The notes beneath the pieces are model-generated. The model was not told where the DNA came from. It was given only the letters and a program-made list of their open reading frames with translations, and made no database searches. A program made the position numbers and the translations under genes. Below are positions 9,933 to 19,940 of a stretch of DNA of 64,000 nucleotides, piece by piece. The DNA comes from an uncultured bacterium. GTDB lineage: Bacteria > Chloroflexota > UBA5177 > JANWHV01. The stretch covers positions 384,001 through 448,000 of the forward strand of contig CAWHAE010000014.1 in NCBI GenBank assembly GCA_963827235.1, given 5' to 3'. Each line of letters starts with the position of its first letter. The first letter of the stretch is position 1.

Positions 9933-10829
9933 ATGGCGACTCCACACTATGGCCTCGATCCCAGCTTCGTCGAGCGCCTAGAGAGGCTGGCCGTCGCGGC
10001 GCGGCAACGCCGGACAGGCTCGGGCGCCGGGCCGAGGCGCTCTCCGGCAATGGGCAGCTCGGTGGAGTTTGCCGATTATCGCACGTATGCCAGGGGCGAC
10101 GACTACCGGCGCATCGACTGGAATGTCTTTGCGCGCATAAACCGACTCTTTCTACGCATCTTCGAGGCCGAGGAGAACAGCACGGTCACGCTCTTTGTGG
10201 ACTGCTCGGCCTCAATGGCAGGCGGCACCCCTACCAAGAGTGTCCTGGCACGCCGAATCGCCTGCGCGCTGGCCTTCGTGGCGCTGGTCAACTACGACAA
10301 AGTGTCCATCGTAGGGATAGGTGAGCGCCTGGGGCCGTACCTATCGCCACGGTCGGGCCGAGGACGCGCGCCCGAAGTCTGGAGGTTCATAGCTGACTTG
10401 CCTTCAGAAGGTCCGACAGACCTCGGCCGGCTCAGGGCATACGCCGGCTACCAGGCTCCGCCCGGCATCGCGGTCGTGCTCAGCGATCTGCTCACCGGCA
10501 GCGACTGGCAGATGGGACTCAGGGCGCTGCAGGCGACGTGCAGGCAAGACGTTACGCTGATTCAGGTGCTGGCTCCCGAGGAGCTTAGCCCGAGTCTGGA
10601 TGGGGACTGGACGCTCGTCGATAGCGAATCCGGAGCCGAGACCGACGTCAGCGTCAATCCCGCCGCCCTGGAGCGCTACCGCAGAGCGCTCGCCGAGTAC
10701 ACCGGTGAGATAGGCGGCTGGTGCGGCAAGCACCGCGTTCCTTTCGGGCAGGTTGCCAGTGACGCCAACGTCGAGCAGGTGCTACTCCGCGACTTGGTCA
10801 AGATGGGCACACTGGGAGGCAGGATGTGA
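9933..10829 (+). CDS. DUF58 domain protein (vWA-like, MoxR-associated)
   Basis: GSSVEFADYRTYARGDDYRRIDWN, VDCSASM MIDAS-like motif, LSD. Confidence 0.93.
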   Translation: MATPHYGLDPSFVERLERLAVAARQRRTGSGAGPRRSPAMGSSVEFADYRTYARGDDYRRIDWNVFARINRLFLRIFEAEENSTVTLFVDCSASMAGGTPTKSVLARRIACALAFVALVNYDKVSIVGIGERLGPYLSPRSGRGRAPEVWRFIADLPSEGPTDLGRLRAYAGYQAPPGIAVVLSDLLTGSDWQMGLRALQATCRQDVTLIQVLAPEELSPSLDGDWTLVDSESGAETDVSVNPAALERYRRALAEYTGEIGGWCGKHRVPFGQVASDANVEQVLLRDLVKMGTLGGRM

Positions 10830-12694
10830 TCGACTTCGCTGCGCCCGCTGCCGCGGCTTTCGGCCTGGCAGGTGCACTCATAGTCGCGCAGTATTTCCTG
10901 AAGCTACGCCGGGTGCGCAAGCCGGTGCCGAGCACGTTTCTCTGGGAGCGGGCCACCGTCGACACGCGGGCGAACTCACCATGGCAGCGGCTGCGGCCCG
11001 AGCCGCTGTTGATCCTGCAGGTCGCGGCGGTGGTCGCTATCACGCTCGCCCTCATGAAGCCCTACGTACTCCGTGCTGGCTCGTTCGGATCGGACATCGT
11101 CATCGTTCTCGACGCGTCCATTACCGCGCAGGCCGAGGACGGCAGTCAGACACGATTTGAAAGCGAGATCGCCGCTGCCCGGGCGCTCGTGGCCGATTTG
11201 CCCCAGGACAAGTCGGTCGGCGTCGTGCGCATGGACGGCAGGCCCCGCGTAGTGTTGGCCGCGAGCGCCAATCGCGGAGCCTTGCGCTCGGTCCTCTCCA
11301 GCCAGCGCCCGGGCTATGAGCAGCCGGACGTGGCCGGTGCTCTGAGCCTGGCCTACGCGCTGGCGTCGCCCGCCGGCGGCCTTCGCGCCGCACTCGTCCT
11401 GCTGCGTTCCGTCGACACGCGGCTGCCTACATTGCAGACGGACGTTCCCTACCGCGTCGAGACTTTCGGCAGCCCCGGAGATCGGAATCTGGGCGTCGAT
11501 TCGCTGGTTGCCTCACAGTCCTCCGCCGGCACCGTGACGGCCACGTTCAGAGTTGTGAACACGGGCAGCACGGCCGCTCAGAGCGACATCGACGTGCTTG
11601 CCGATGGGCGCCTCGAGGCCGTCGAGCATGTCTCGCTCGGGGCGCGGCAGTCTACACTCGAGACCGGCACATTCCTGGCCAGGCCGGCATCGACAGTCGA
11701 AGCGCTGTTGGTCGCGCACGACTCGCTGCCGGCCGACAACGCGACATGGGCGCCACTGCAGAGTCAGCCCGCACGGCGAGTAATGGTCGTCGGCAACGGC
11801 GACGTGTTTCTGCAAGCGGCCCTGAACTCCGTCCCCAACACCGAGGTAACCGCCGTTTCGCCTTCGGCCTACACCCCTCTCGCGGCGGAGAGTCAGGACC
11901 TGGCGGTCTTCGACGGTGTGGTCCCGAAGACTCTGCCGTCGACTAATCTGCTGCTCATCGGCCCAACAAGGGACGTGCTTGGCGTGCGGATCGGCGCCGG
12001 CAGGTCCGTCGGTCCGATTCACATCGACGATGACCCAAACGGTCTGTTGCGTTACCTGTCCACATCGGACGTCCACGTGTTCAAGGCGCGTGCCGCGACC
12101 GTGCCGGGCTGGGCGCATGCCGCGCTGCAGGACGCTCAGGGCCCGCTCATGCTCGAAGGCACCAGCGGTGGGGCAAACGGCAGGCGGGCGGTAGTGATCG
12201 TGTTCGACCTGAGCCAGTCGGATCTGGCGCTCAGCCTGGACTTCCCGGTGCTTGTGAGCGACCTGCTGGACTGGCTGGCTCCTACAGGCTTCATAGATCG
12301 CACCGTGCTCCATCCCGGCGCGTTCGTGAGCGTAATCCTACCTGATGAGCTGGCACGAGCCTCGATCGTCGATCCGGAGGGTGTCGTGCACGAACTCGCG
12401 TCAAGCATGACCGACCAGGGAAGCGTTCAGGCCGAGTTCAGCGCCACGGATCAGCCCGGTGCCTATACGCTCCGTGTCACCGCCGGGTCCGCGGTGCGGC
12501 TATCGCGATTCGTGGTCGACCCCGTGCTGCAGCCAGAGGAAGGCGCCAGCGGCCAGGTCGTCAGCTCCGTGCCGAAAAGCACGAACGTCTCCGCTGCCAA
12601 CGCCAAGGTACCCGATTCACTGACAAGCGCGGCCGCCCTGATCGTGCTCGGCGTCCTCGCCGCCGAGTGGCTGGTAGCCATGCGCCGGCAATGA
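10826..12694 (+). CDS. BatA-domain/vWA membrane protein
   Basis: BatA-like N-terminus (YFLKLRR...VPSTFLW...LLILQ...LALMKP), vWA IVLDASIT, Ig-like DSLPADN, C-terminal TM LAAEW. Confidence 0.88.
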   Translation: MIDFAAPAAAAFGLAGALIVAQYFLKLRRVRKPVPSTFLWERATVDTRANSPWQRLRPEPLLILQVAAVVAITLALMKPYVLRAGSFGSDIVIVLDASITAQAEDGSQTRFESEIAAARALVADLPQDKSVGVVRMDGRPRVVLAASANRGALRSVLSSQRPGYEQPDVAGALSLAYALASPAGGLRAALVLLRSVDTRLPTLQTDVPYRVETFGSPGDRNLGVDSLVASQSSAGTVTATFRVVNTGSTAAQSDIDVLADGRLEAVEHVSLGARQSTLETGTFLARPASTVEALLVAHDSLPADNATWAPLQSQPARRVMVVGNGDVFLQAALNSVPNTEVTAVSPSAYTPLAAESQDLAVFDGVVPKTLPSTNLLLIGPTRDVLGVRIGAGRSVGPIHIDDDPNGLLRYLSTSDVHVFKARAATVPGWAHAALQDAQGPLMLEGTSGGANGRRAVVIVFDLSQSDLALSLDFPVLVSDLLDWLAPTGFIDRTVLHPGAFVSVILPDELARASIVDPEGVVHELASSMTDQGSVQAEFSATDQPGAYTLRVTAGSAVRLSRFVVDPVLQPEEGASGQVVSSVPKSTNVSAANAKVPDSLTSAAALIVLGVLAAEWLVAMRRQ

Positions 12695-15582
12695 GCTTCG
12701 ACACTCCTGGCATACTTCTCCTGCTTCCGGCGCTGCTCGTCTGGACAGTGTGGCTGTGGATCCTGCGGCAGCGCGGCCGGCCTACGGCGAGGCGTGTGCT
12801 GTCCTTGGCGCTCCGCGCGATCATCTTCACCGCCCTGGTACTTGCCGCGGCTGGAATGACCCTCGAGCGGCCCACCGGTGTCCAGGCAGTGGCGTTCGTC
12901 GCAGACCTTTCAGCGAGCACCGGCGGCAGCCAGTCCTACGAAGCGCGCTTCATCGCCTCGGCCTTGCAGGCGCGAGGCTCGAACGATCTGGCGTCGATCG
13001 TCGCCACGGGCCAGTCCTCTGTCGTGGAACAGCCGCCGCAACCGCTCGCGGATTTCCGGCAATTCGAGTCGGTCGTCAACCCCGACTATACGAACCTCGA
13101 GTCCGGTCTTGCGCTTGGCGGTGCTCTGCTGCCCTCGAGCTACCGGCGCAGAGTCGTGCTGCTCAGCGACGGCCGGGAAAACCTTGGCGACGCGGTGGGT
13201 GAAGCCCAGCTTCTGCGCAGTGAAGGCATCCGCGTGGACACCGTGGCCGTCAGCGCGCAGTCCGGGCCCGAGGTACGCGTCGATTCGCTTACGATCCCGG
13301 CAAGCATGCATCAGGGCGAGCAGTTCACTGTCGCCGCCGCCGTACACAGCACGGTACGGACAGCGGCTAGCTATCAGTTCTTCCAGGATGGTGTTCTCGC
13401 TGCGTCAGGTACTGCGGCGATTCAGGCCGGTGAAACGACCATCAGCCGCTCGTTCCGGGCCGGATCGCCCGGAGTCCATACCTATTCCGTCCAGCTGCAG
13501 CCGGTCGAGGACACGCTTTCCGAGAACAACCAGGCAAGCGCCTTCACGACCATTTCCGGCCCTGCACGTGTGCTGGTCGTGGAAGGCACTCCGGGCGAAG
13601 GCAGTAACGTTGTGGCCTCCCTGCGTGCCTCACGACTGACCGTCGACGTGATCGAAGCCGACGCCCTCACATCCGATCTGTCAGTGCTGCAACGCTACGC
13701 CTCTATCGTGCTCGTCGACGTGCCTGCCGACGTGCTCGGCGACAGCACCATGGAAGCTATCCGATCGTTCGTCGGGGACCTTGGCCACGGCCTGGTGGTG
13801 ATAGGCGGCACGGACAGTTACGGGCTGGGCAATTACGGTTCCACGCCTCTGGAGACTGCAATGCCCGTGAGCATGGACCTGCCCAAGCGCAAGGACCTGC
13901 CGACGGCGGCCGTGGTACTGATCATCGAGGATCTGGAATCGCAGACGAGCGTCAACATCTCGAAGAAGGCAGGCGAGGGAGTGGTCGGCCTACTCAATCC
14001 CCAGGATCAGGTCGCGGTAAGCGACGCGCAGCCGGGGCTCGTGTGGCCCATGAGCCACGTTACCAACAAAGCGGCCATCGTGCAGGCCATCGAAGCGATG
14101 CAGCCGGAGGACCCTCCAAGCTATGCCCCGTTCCTCGAGCAGGCCTACGAGATTCTGAAGAGCGCCCAGGCCCAGACCAAGCACATCATTCTGCTGGGCG
14201 ACGGCGATGCCGCCAGCGGCGACACCACGAGCATTCTGCAGCAGATCTACAGGGCCGGCATTCGCGTCTCCACTATCGAGACGAACGCCGCTGCGCCGTC
14301 CGACTTTCAGAACCTTGAGGACATCGCGCGTTACGGCGGTGGCAAGTACTATCCCGCCGACAATGTGAACACCATTCCGCAGATCTTCCTCAAGGTTGCG
14401 CGCACCGTGGCCCACAGCGGCATCATGCAGGGGAAGTTCTTCCCCGAAGCCGTGGCACCCAGTCCGATCATCGACGGGCTGGTAGGCGTTCCCGCCCTGA
14501 CGGGTTACGTCATCACGACGCCCAAGCCGCTGGCCACCGTGGTGCTTGCCAGCACGAAGAGCGATCCGGTTCTGGCCCAGTGGCAGTATGGACTCGGGCG
14601 ATCGGTGGCCTGGACAAGCGACGCCGCCGGTGTGTGGACGTCGGCGTGGCTCACCTCGCCGCAGACTCGCAAGCTCTGGGCATCCATGGTGAACTGGACT
14701 CTGCCGCCGCAGCAGACCGTGAGCCTTGCGCTTTCCTCCTCGGTGTCCGACAGCACCATGAATGTCGACGTGGTCAGCGTCGACGGACAGCCGTATCGCT
14801 CGCTCACTGCACACATCGTCGGCCCACAGGGCACACAGACGATCGCTCTGCAGCCGTCGGCACCAAACGAATACGACGGGCAGGCTCCGGCTGCCGCTGC
14901 CGGTGTCTATCTCCTCGACGTGCAGGCTCGGCCGGTCTCGTCGCGATCCACCAGTTTGACGCGAACCGTGAGCGGCGGACTGGTCGTGCCCTACGCCCCC
15001 GACTATCGGGATGCCGGCGTCGATCAGACACTCCTCCGTGCGATAGCCGCCGCCGGCGGAGGCACGGTGCTCACGCGGCCAGGCGAAGCCTTCGCTCCGA
15101 ATCTCCGGCCCGTCGATGTCGCATCGCCGCTGCAGGAAGCACTGCTCATTCTCGCCCTGGCGCTGATCCCTGTCGACGTGGGTGCGCGCAGGCTGGTGCT
15201 GCAGCGCGCGGATTGGCTTGCCCTGCTGCGCGCCTTGGGTCTCCGCCGAGCGACGGCGAGCACGGGGCAAGCGCCTTCTCCGCTCGCCGGCGTCCGGGTG
15301 CGTCACAACGCTCGCGCGCGACGTCCGCGCGACCGGGCTATCGAGCCAATCGCACATGTTGCCTTCCCCGCGGCAAGTGTCCCGCCGGCGTCGGACCGCG
15401 GTGCCTTACCGGCGTTGACACAGGCTCAGCCCGGCCGGAGCGCCGCGACAGCAGCCGGCGCTACTGCGCCGCGAGGGGAAGGAGCGCTCGCGCCGCCCGA
15501 ACACGGTGCAGGTCTGGAGGATCAGCCGCCGCCGTCGTCGAGCAGATTGCTTGACGCGAAGCGGCGCGCACGGCGGCAGTAA
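12691..15582 (+). CDS. Membrane protein with two vWA domains and a GATase1-like domain
   Basis: vWA1 FVADLSAS...TNLESGL...LLSDGREN; GHGLVVIGGTDSYGLG and QWQYGLGRSVAWTSD; vWA2 HIILLGDGD; C-terminal TM. ATGA overlap with the upstream gene at 12691. Confidence 0.88.
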   Translation: MSFDTPGILLLLPALLVWTVWLWILRQRGRPTARRVLSLALRAIIFTALVLAAAGMTLERPTGVQAVAFVADLSASTGGSQSYEARFIASALQARGSNDLASIVATGQSSVVEQPPQPLADFRQFESVVNPDYTNLESGLALGGALLPSSYRRRVVLLSDGRENLGDAVGEAQLLRSEGIRVDTVAVSAQSGPEVRVDSLTIPASMHQGEQFTVAAAVHSTVRTAASYQFFQDGVLAASGTAAIQAGETTISRSFRAGSPGVHTYSVQLQPVEDTLSENNQASAFTTISGPARVLVVEGTPGEGSNVVASLRASRLTVDVIEADALTSDLSVLQRYASIVLVDVPADVLGDSTMEAIRSFVGDLGHGLVVIGGTDSYGLGNYGSTPLETAMPVSMDLPKRKDLPTAAVVLIIEDLESQTSVNISKKAGEGVVGLLNPQDQVAVSDAQPGLVWPMSHVTNKAAIVQAIEAMQPEDPPSYAPFLEQAYEILKSAQAQTKHIILLGDGDAASGDTTSILQQIYRAGIRVSTIETNAAAPSDFQNLEDIARYGGGKYYPADNVNTIPQIFLKVARTVAHSGIMQGKFFPEAVAPSPIIDGLVGVPALTGYVITTPKPLATVVLASTKSDPVLAQWQYGLGRSVAWTSDAAGVWTSAWLTSPQTRKLWASMVNWTLPPQQTVSLALSSSVSDSTMNVDVVSVDGQPYRSLTAHIVGPQGTQTIALQPSAPNEYDGQAPAAAAGVYLLDVQARPVSSRSTSLTRTVSGGLVVPYAPDYRDAGVDQTLLRAIAAAGGGTVLTRPGEAFAPNLRPVDVASPLQEALLILALALIPVDVGARRLVLQRADWLALLRALGLRRATASTGQAPSPLAGVRVRHNARARRPRDRAIEPIAHVAFPAASVPPASDRGALPALTQAQPGRSAATAAGATAPRGEGALAPPEHGAGLEDQPPPSSSRLLDAKRRARRQ

Positions 15583-15604
15583 GTAGCCCCGGCGGGCGGC
15601 GCGC

Positions 15605-16510
15605 TCACGAAGCGGCGAGGGCCACGATGACGCCGAGAACGGTCAGCCCGTTCACCATGGCATGAAGCATGATGCTGGAATACAGTGACTTGGTTCGCTC
15701 CACCAGAGTGCCGAACACGATGCCCATGAATACCAGCCAGGGCAGGACCGTGGGCGATCCGTGCAGGGCCGCGAAAGCAATGGCAGTGCTGACAACCGTT
15801 GCCAGCCCAGAGCATCGACCGCGTATCAGCCTGAACAGGAAGCCTCGGAAGAACACTTCTTCCGCCACTGGCGCAAGAACGACCAGCAGGACGAACAGCA
15901 TCAGGAAGCTGCCGGCCGAGGCGGACATGTCCTGCGTCAGCACCGACACCTGGGAGGCGCGAGGAGCCGTGCCGAGAAGGGTCTGCGACGACAGGTTGAT
16001 GGCGACGCCAGCGACGGTGACCGGCACGAACATCATCGCTACGCGGCCCACCGTGCGACGGGAGACCGGCCGCAGACCAAGTGCCGCCAAAGAAACGCCG
16101 TACTTTACGACGCTCTGCCGGTATACGGCGTAGACGAGGCCGCCATACAAGCCGGCACCTACCACGAGATCGGTCAGCACGCCAGAATACGGTCCGATCG
16201 CGGCGGTGAGCCGGTCGTACGCTCCATCGGGAAGCAGCCAGGTCATCTCGCCCACCAGGTACACCGTTGAGACCACGAGGCGAATGAGAATCATGGCAAG
16301 GATCGTGCTGGTGGCAATAGCTACTGTCCACAGCAGCACGAATCCCAGATCGTTGAATCCCCACGGAGCCGGCTCCACTGCTTCAGCCCGGGCTCCTCCA
16401 TGCTTCCAGGTTGGCCGAAAGGAGGTGACCAGTCGCACGCGATCCAGGGGTCCGCCAAGCCAACGGCCCGCATACGGGCCAAGAGTTCTTCGTTCAAGCA
16501 TCGTCAGCAC
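15605..16510 (-). CDS. CPBP (CAAX/Abi) family intramembrane glutamic protease
   Basis: AEEVFFRG, FAALH and HAMVN motifs; multi-TM. Start uncertain (16510 or 16501). Confidence 0.9.
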   Translation of the reverse strand: MLTMLERRTLGPYAGRWLGGPLDRVRLVTSFRPTWKHGGARAEAVEPAPWGFNDLGFVLLWTVAIATSTILAMILIRLVVSTVYLVGEMTWLLPDGAYDRLTAAIGPYSGVLTDLVVGAGLYGGLVYAVYRQSVVKYGVSLAALGLRPVSRRTVGRVAMMFVPVTVAGVAINLSSQTLLGTAPRASQVSVLTQDMSASAGSFLMLFVLLVVLAPVAEEVFFRGFLFRLIRGRCSGLATVVSTAIAFAALHGSPTVLPWLVFMGIVFGTLVERTKSLYSSIMLHAMVNGLTVLGVIVALAAS

Positions 16511-16863
16511 CTACACTGCTGCTAGCCGTGGCTCGCCGTCAGCGGCCGTATGTCGTGACCGGCGAGTCGGTCGCAGCGTCTGACCGGGAATTCGCACCCC
16601 GGCGCCTCATCAGTATAGGTGAGCGGCGATCTGGTATCGGGTGGTTATGCACATCGAGCGGACCGGTTCCTGCCGGGTTGGCGACGGAGTGCTGCTTCCG
16701 GTCTCTCACGTACTGGCGAGCCCCGCGGGAATGGCCTGCTCGTCTTACCGTCTCCGCATGCGTCAAAGCACGCCTACGATGCCGAGCGGTACCGAAGCGG
16801 AACATGCTGGCCGGGCGCGCCTCACACCTGGCGAGCGGCCCGGCAATTCGCTGCGCTGACCGC

Positions 16864-17154
16864 CTACCGGCCGCGCGACAGGGGCGTGCCCGCCGGTTCA
16901 TTCATCCTGGCGGCGTTGTTCGCGGTGACCATTGCGCGGTTCCGAGCTCGCCGCCTGCGTGTGAGCATGAGCACTGCCGAGGACGATAGACCCCAGAAGA
17001 ACAGCAGAGCCCCGAGGGCCGACACGTCGACGCTGGCGACGCCGATTCCGAGGAAGAATATGGCCACACCGATCACCACGATCACCAGCGGTACCTTGAC
17101 TGGCTTTCTAGGCCGCTCCGCGCGCTTCCCGACCGTCGATTGTGACATCCCCAT
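16864..17154 (-). CDS. Small two-TM membrane protein (hypothetical)
   Basis: GGAGG RBS before ATG 17154; two hydrophobic helices flanked by basic residues. Confidence 0.65.
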   Translation of the reverse strand: MGMSQSTVGKRAERPRKPVKVPLVIVVIGVAIFFLGIGVASVDVSALGALLFFWGLSSSAVLMLTRRRRARNRAMVTANNAARMNEPAGTPLSRGR

Positions 17155-17254
17155 CCAGTTGTTCACCTCCCGGTTGTGCCGTTGATCCCTATGCAGTGGC
17201 GCCGCCCGCCACCGCTCCGGACGGCGGCCGAGCCTACGCTTCCCATGTGCCCGG

Positions 17255-17926
17255 TCAATTCGGATTCGAGTATTGTCGCGCGTAGGCCGACCCAAGGGCG
17301 GACATGCGCTCCAGTATGGCGAGCTCGCGGTGAAGGATCGCCAGCTCGAGCTGCAGCCGCATTTCGGCGGTCTCCGCCTCCAGCACCGCCTGCAGCGCCT
17401 CGGGAGCGCTCGGCTGGAGCTGCTGAATGATGCTCGCCAGGCGGTACGACAGATCTACCGCTCCGGTAGGTAGATCGACTTCCAGTGGCTCCTGGTCCAC
17501 TTGCTGCAACAGGAGCCCGATATATCGGCGGATAGAGTGGCTACAGGACGCGGCCAGATGAGGCGTCCACTGCTCGTCGCCGACAGGCTCCTCGAGGATC
17601 TCCACTGCAGCGTGCAGGTATGCCCGATCGAAGCAGCGCTCGTGAACGCGGAAGCGTTGCCTGCCCTCCGCCACGATGTTCATCCGCCCGTCCGACAGCC
17701 GATTTGTCTCCATTATCTCCGCGACGGTGCCGATATCGATCGACGCCGGCGCATCCGCTGCCTGTCCGTGGCGCGAGGGCTGCAGCAGCACGCCGAAGCG
17801 ACCATCAGTGGCAAGACAGTTGGCGACCATTTCCCGGTATCTGGGCTCGAAAATGTGGAGAGGCAGCGACATCTCAGGCACCAACACAACATCCAGGGGG
17901 AACAACGGAAGGTCAATGTGGCTCAT
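17255..17926 (-). CDS. LON peptidase substrate-binding (LON-N) domain protein
   Basis: LPLFPL..VL.P...LPLHIFEPRY, IGTVAEI, DGRMNIVAEGRQRF; no protease or ATPase domain. Confidence 0.92.
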   Translation of the reverse strand: MSHIDLPLFPLDVVLVPEMSLPLHIFEPRYREMVANCLATDGRFGVLLQPSRHGQAADAPASIDIGTVAEIMETNRLSDGRMNIVAEGRQRFRVHERCFDRAYLHAAVEILEEPVGDEQWTPHLAASCSHSIRRYIGLLLQQVDQEPLEVDLPTGAVDLSYRLASIIQQLQPSAPEALQAVLEAETAEMRLQLELAILHRELAILERMSALGSAYARQYSNPN

Positions 17927-18210
17927 CGTTCGTTCCCGTACCCTCAACACTACGTGCCTCGCCTCGCGAGTCGGGGCACTCCACCCGGAGCCAAAGCACG
18001 CGCACTGTCTGGTAGCTCCACGTACGATATGAGCGTTACCCTAGACTATCATCGGCCACGGCGAACAACAAGTACGCCCCCATCTACAGCCTCACACGGA
18101 GTCACGACCGGCATCTCCCGGTACCCTGGAAGTGACGCGCCGTGGCGCACACCACTTCGTACGCGACGATCGGGCGCAGTCTGACGCGACACTTGGAGGA
18201 GATCTCGAGT

Positions 18211-19050
18211 ATGGGCCCCGTGGTAGATCGTGACGTTACAGCGCCGGAATTCGCCGAGCGCGTGGTGAAGCGCTCGGCGACCGTGCCGGTTGTGGTAGAC
18301 TTCTGGGCGACTTGGTGCCAGCCTTGCCGCATTATCTCGCCGACGCTCGAGCGGCTCGAGCGGGCGGCCGGCGGAACGTGGGAGCTCGTCAAGGTCGACA
18401 TCGACCGGGAGCCCGCCCTTGCGGCCGAGTACAGGATTACCAGTATCCCGGCCCTCAAGGGCTTCCGGGACGGTCGCGTGGTGGCTGAGATGGTCGGTGC
18501 CCAGCCCGAAGCTGCCGTTCGCTCGTTCCTGGCCAGCCTGCTTCCGTCGGAAGCGGATCGATTGTACGCCGAGGCCGCGGATCTGCTCGCGGCAGGGTCA
18601 TCTGACCAGGCTGAGAATCGCCTTCGCCAGGTGCTCTCCGCCGACGCCGGTCATACGCGAGGCCTGCTTGCCTTCGGCCTCTTGCTCGCCGACCGCGGGC
18701 AGATCGACGAGGCGGCAGAAACTCTGGAGCGGATTCCTGTCATGGCGGAGGAGTATCGCGAGGCTCGCGCGAAGCTGGCCGCGATAGGCTTTGCGCGGGC
18801 TGCTACTTCGGGCGCCGTCGGTCAAAGTGCTACCACCGCTGAAGACGAACACCTGGCGGAGGGAAACCGCCTGGCTGCTACGGGCGACTATCGGGGTGCA
18901 CTTGGGCATTTTCTCTGGCTGGTGGAGCACAACCGGCGCTATCGAGACGACGAGGGCCGGCGGGCGGCGATCGCCGTCTTCGAGATCCTAGGCCCGGACG
19001 ACCCGGTCACTCTGGAATACAGGCCGCGGCTCTCGTCACTTCTGTTCTGA
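18211..19050 (+). CDS. Thioredoxin-TPR chaperedoxin (YbbN/CnoX-like)
   Basis: GGAGGA RBS; VDFWATWCQPC thioredoxin motif, TPR helices, C-terminal YRPRLSSLLF. Confidence 0.9.
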   Translation: MGPVVDRDVTAPEFAERVVKRSATVPVVVDFWATWCQPCRIISPTLERLERAAGGTWELVKVDIDREPALAAEYRITSIPALKGFRDGRVVAEMVGAQPEAAVRSFLASLLPSEADRLYAEAADLLAAGSSDQAENRLRQVLSADAGHTRGLLAFGLLLADRGQIDEAAETLERIPVMAEEYREARAKLAAIGFARAATSGAVGQSATTAEDEHLAEGNRLAATGDYRGALGHFLWLVEHNRRYRDDEGRRAAIAVFEILGPDDPVTLEYRPRLSSLLF

Positions 19051-19222
19051 GCTCGCGGTGACCACGAAAGCAACGCAGTACCTTCCACACGCTCCGGGGC
19101 TGTTGCCCCGCCGTTACCAGGCCGGCGCCCGGCGGCGCGGGCAGGGACATACTGAGCAGGTGGCGATTCGCGTGAGAGCATCGTCTTGTGCGATCGACCC
19201 CATACCAGCGTTGGCTCTGCGT

Positions 19223-19940
19223 TCATCGATCCCGAGTTGGCGCCGCGCCATCAGCCAGCCAGGTCGCCACCTCGTGCAGGCTCTCGAATCGGCGGAACGC
19301 GCCGGCAAAGTCCTGCCCATCGGTGACCGAATTCGGCACTACGACGCATCGCAGGCCCGCGGCCGTCGCCGCGCGCAGACCAACGGACGAATCCTCAATT
19401 GCCAGAGCCTCTTCTGCCGACAGGCCGAGCCGCCGCATGGCGAGCAGGTGAACGTCTGCCGAGGGCTTGCCCCGCTCGACCTGATCACCTGTGGCCAGGG
19501 CGGTAAAGGTCTGGAGCACGCCGAGCGATTCCAGTGCATGCCGTGCTGATTCGAGTGGCGAATTGGAAGCAAGGGCCACCACGAGACCGAGCCGCGTCGC
19601 CACCTCGATAAGCTCACCGGCTCCCGGCATTGGCGCCAGGCACCGGCTCCGTATGCGCAGGTACGCCTCGGTGTGGGCCGCGCCGTATTGGCTTCGTATG
19701 TCGGGCAGAACGCGGAGGGTGCACAGCTTGTTCCATTCTCCCACCCCTATCAGACCTACCATGCTTCTAATCTCGTCGGCCGTCAAGGGTGCCAGACCGA
19801 GCGAGGCCAGGACCTCATCGTGAGCCTGCCAACTCCAGAATCTCGCTGTCGATCAGCAGGCCGTCGAGGTCGAGCACCAGTGCGCGCAGTCCGACGGGCG
19901 GCTCCGCTACCTCCGCGACAATCGACTTTACTGAACGCAT
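19223..19940 (-). CDS. HAD-IA family phosphatase (beta-PGM/CbbY-like), one +1 frameshift near 19839
   Basis: ATG 19940 is coupled to the pdp stop (TGATG) and gives LVLDLDGLLIDSE. The continuation WSWQAHDEVL...GKPSAD...IEDS is in another frame; removing one base of GAG ATT C TGG restores a full HAD. Confidence 0.85.

Noticed and set aside
16511-16863. Possible small gene or ncRNA in a 350-bp gap
   Set aside because: Overlapping ORFs are Arg/Pro/Gly-rich without an RBS, and I saw no convincing structure.
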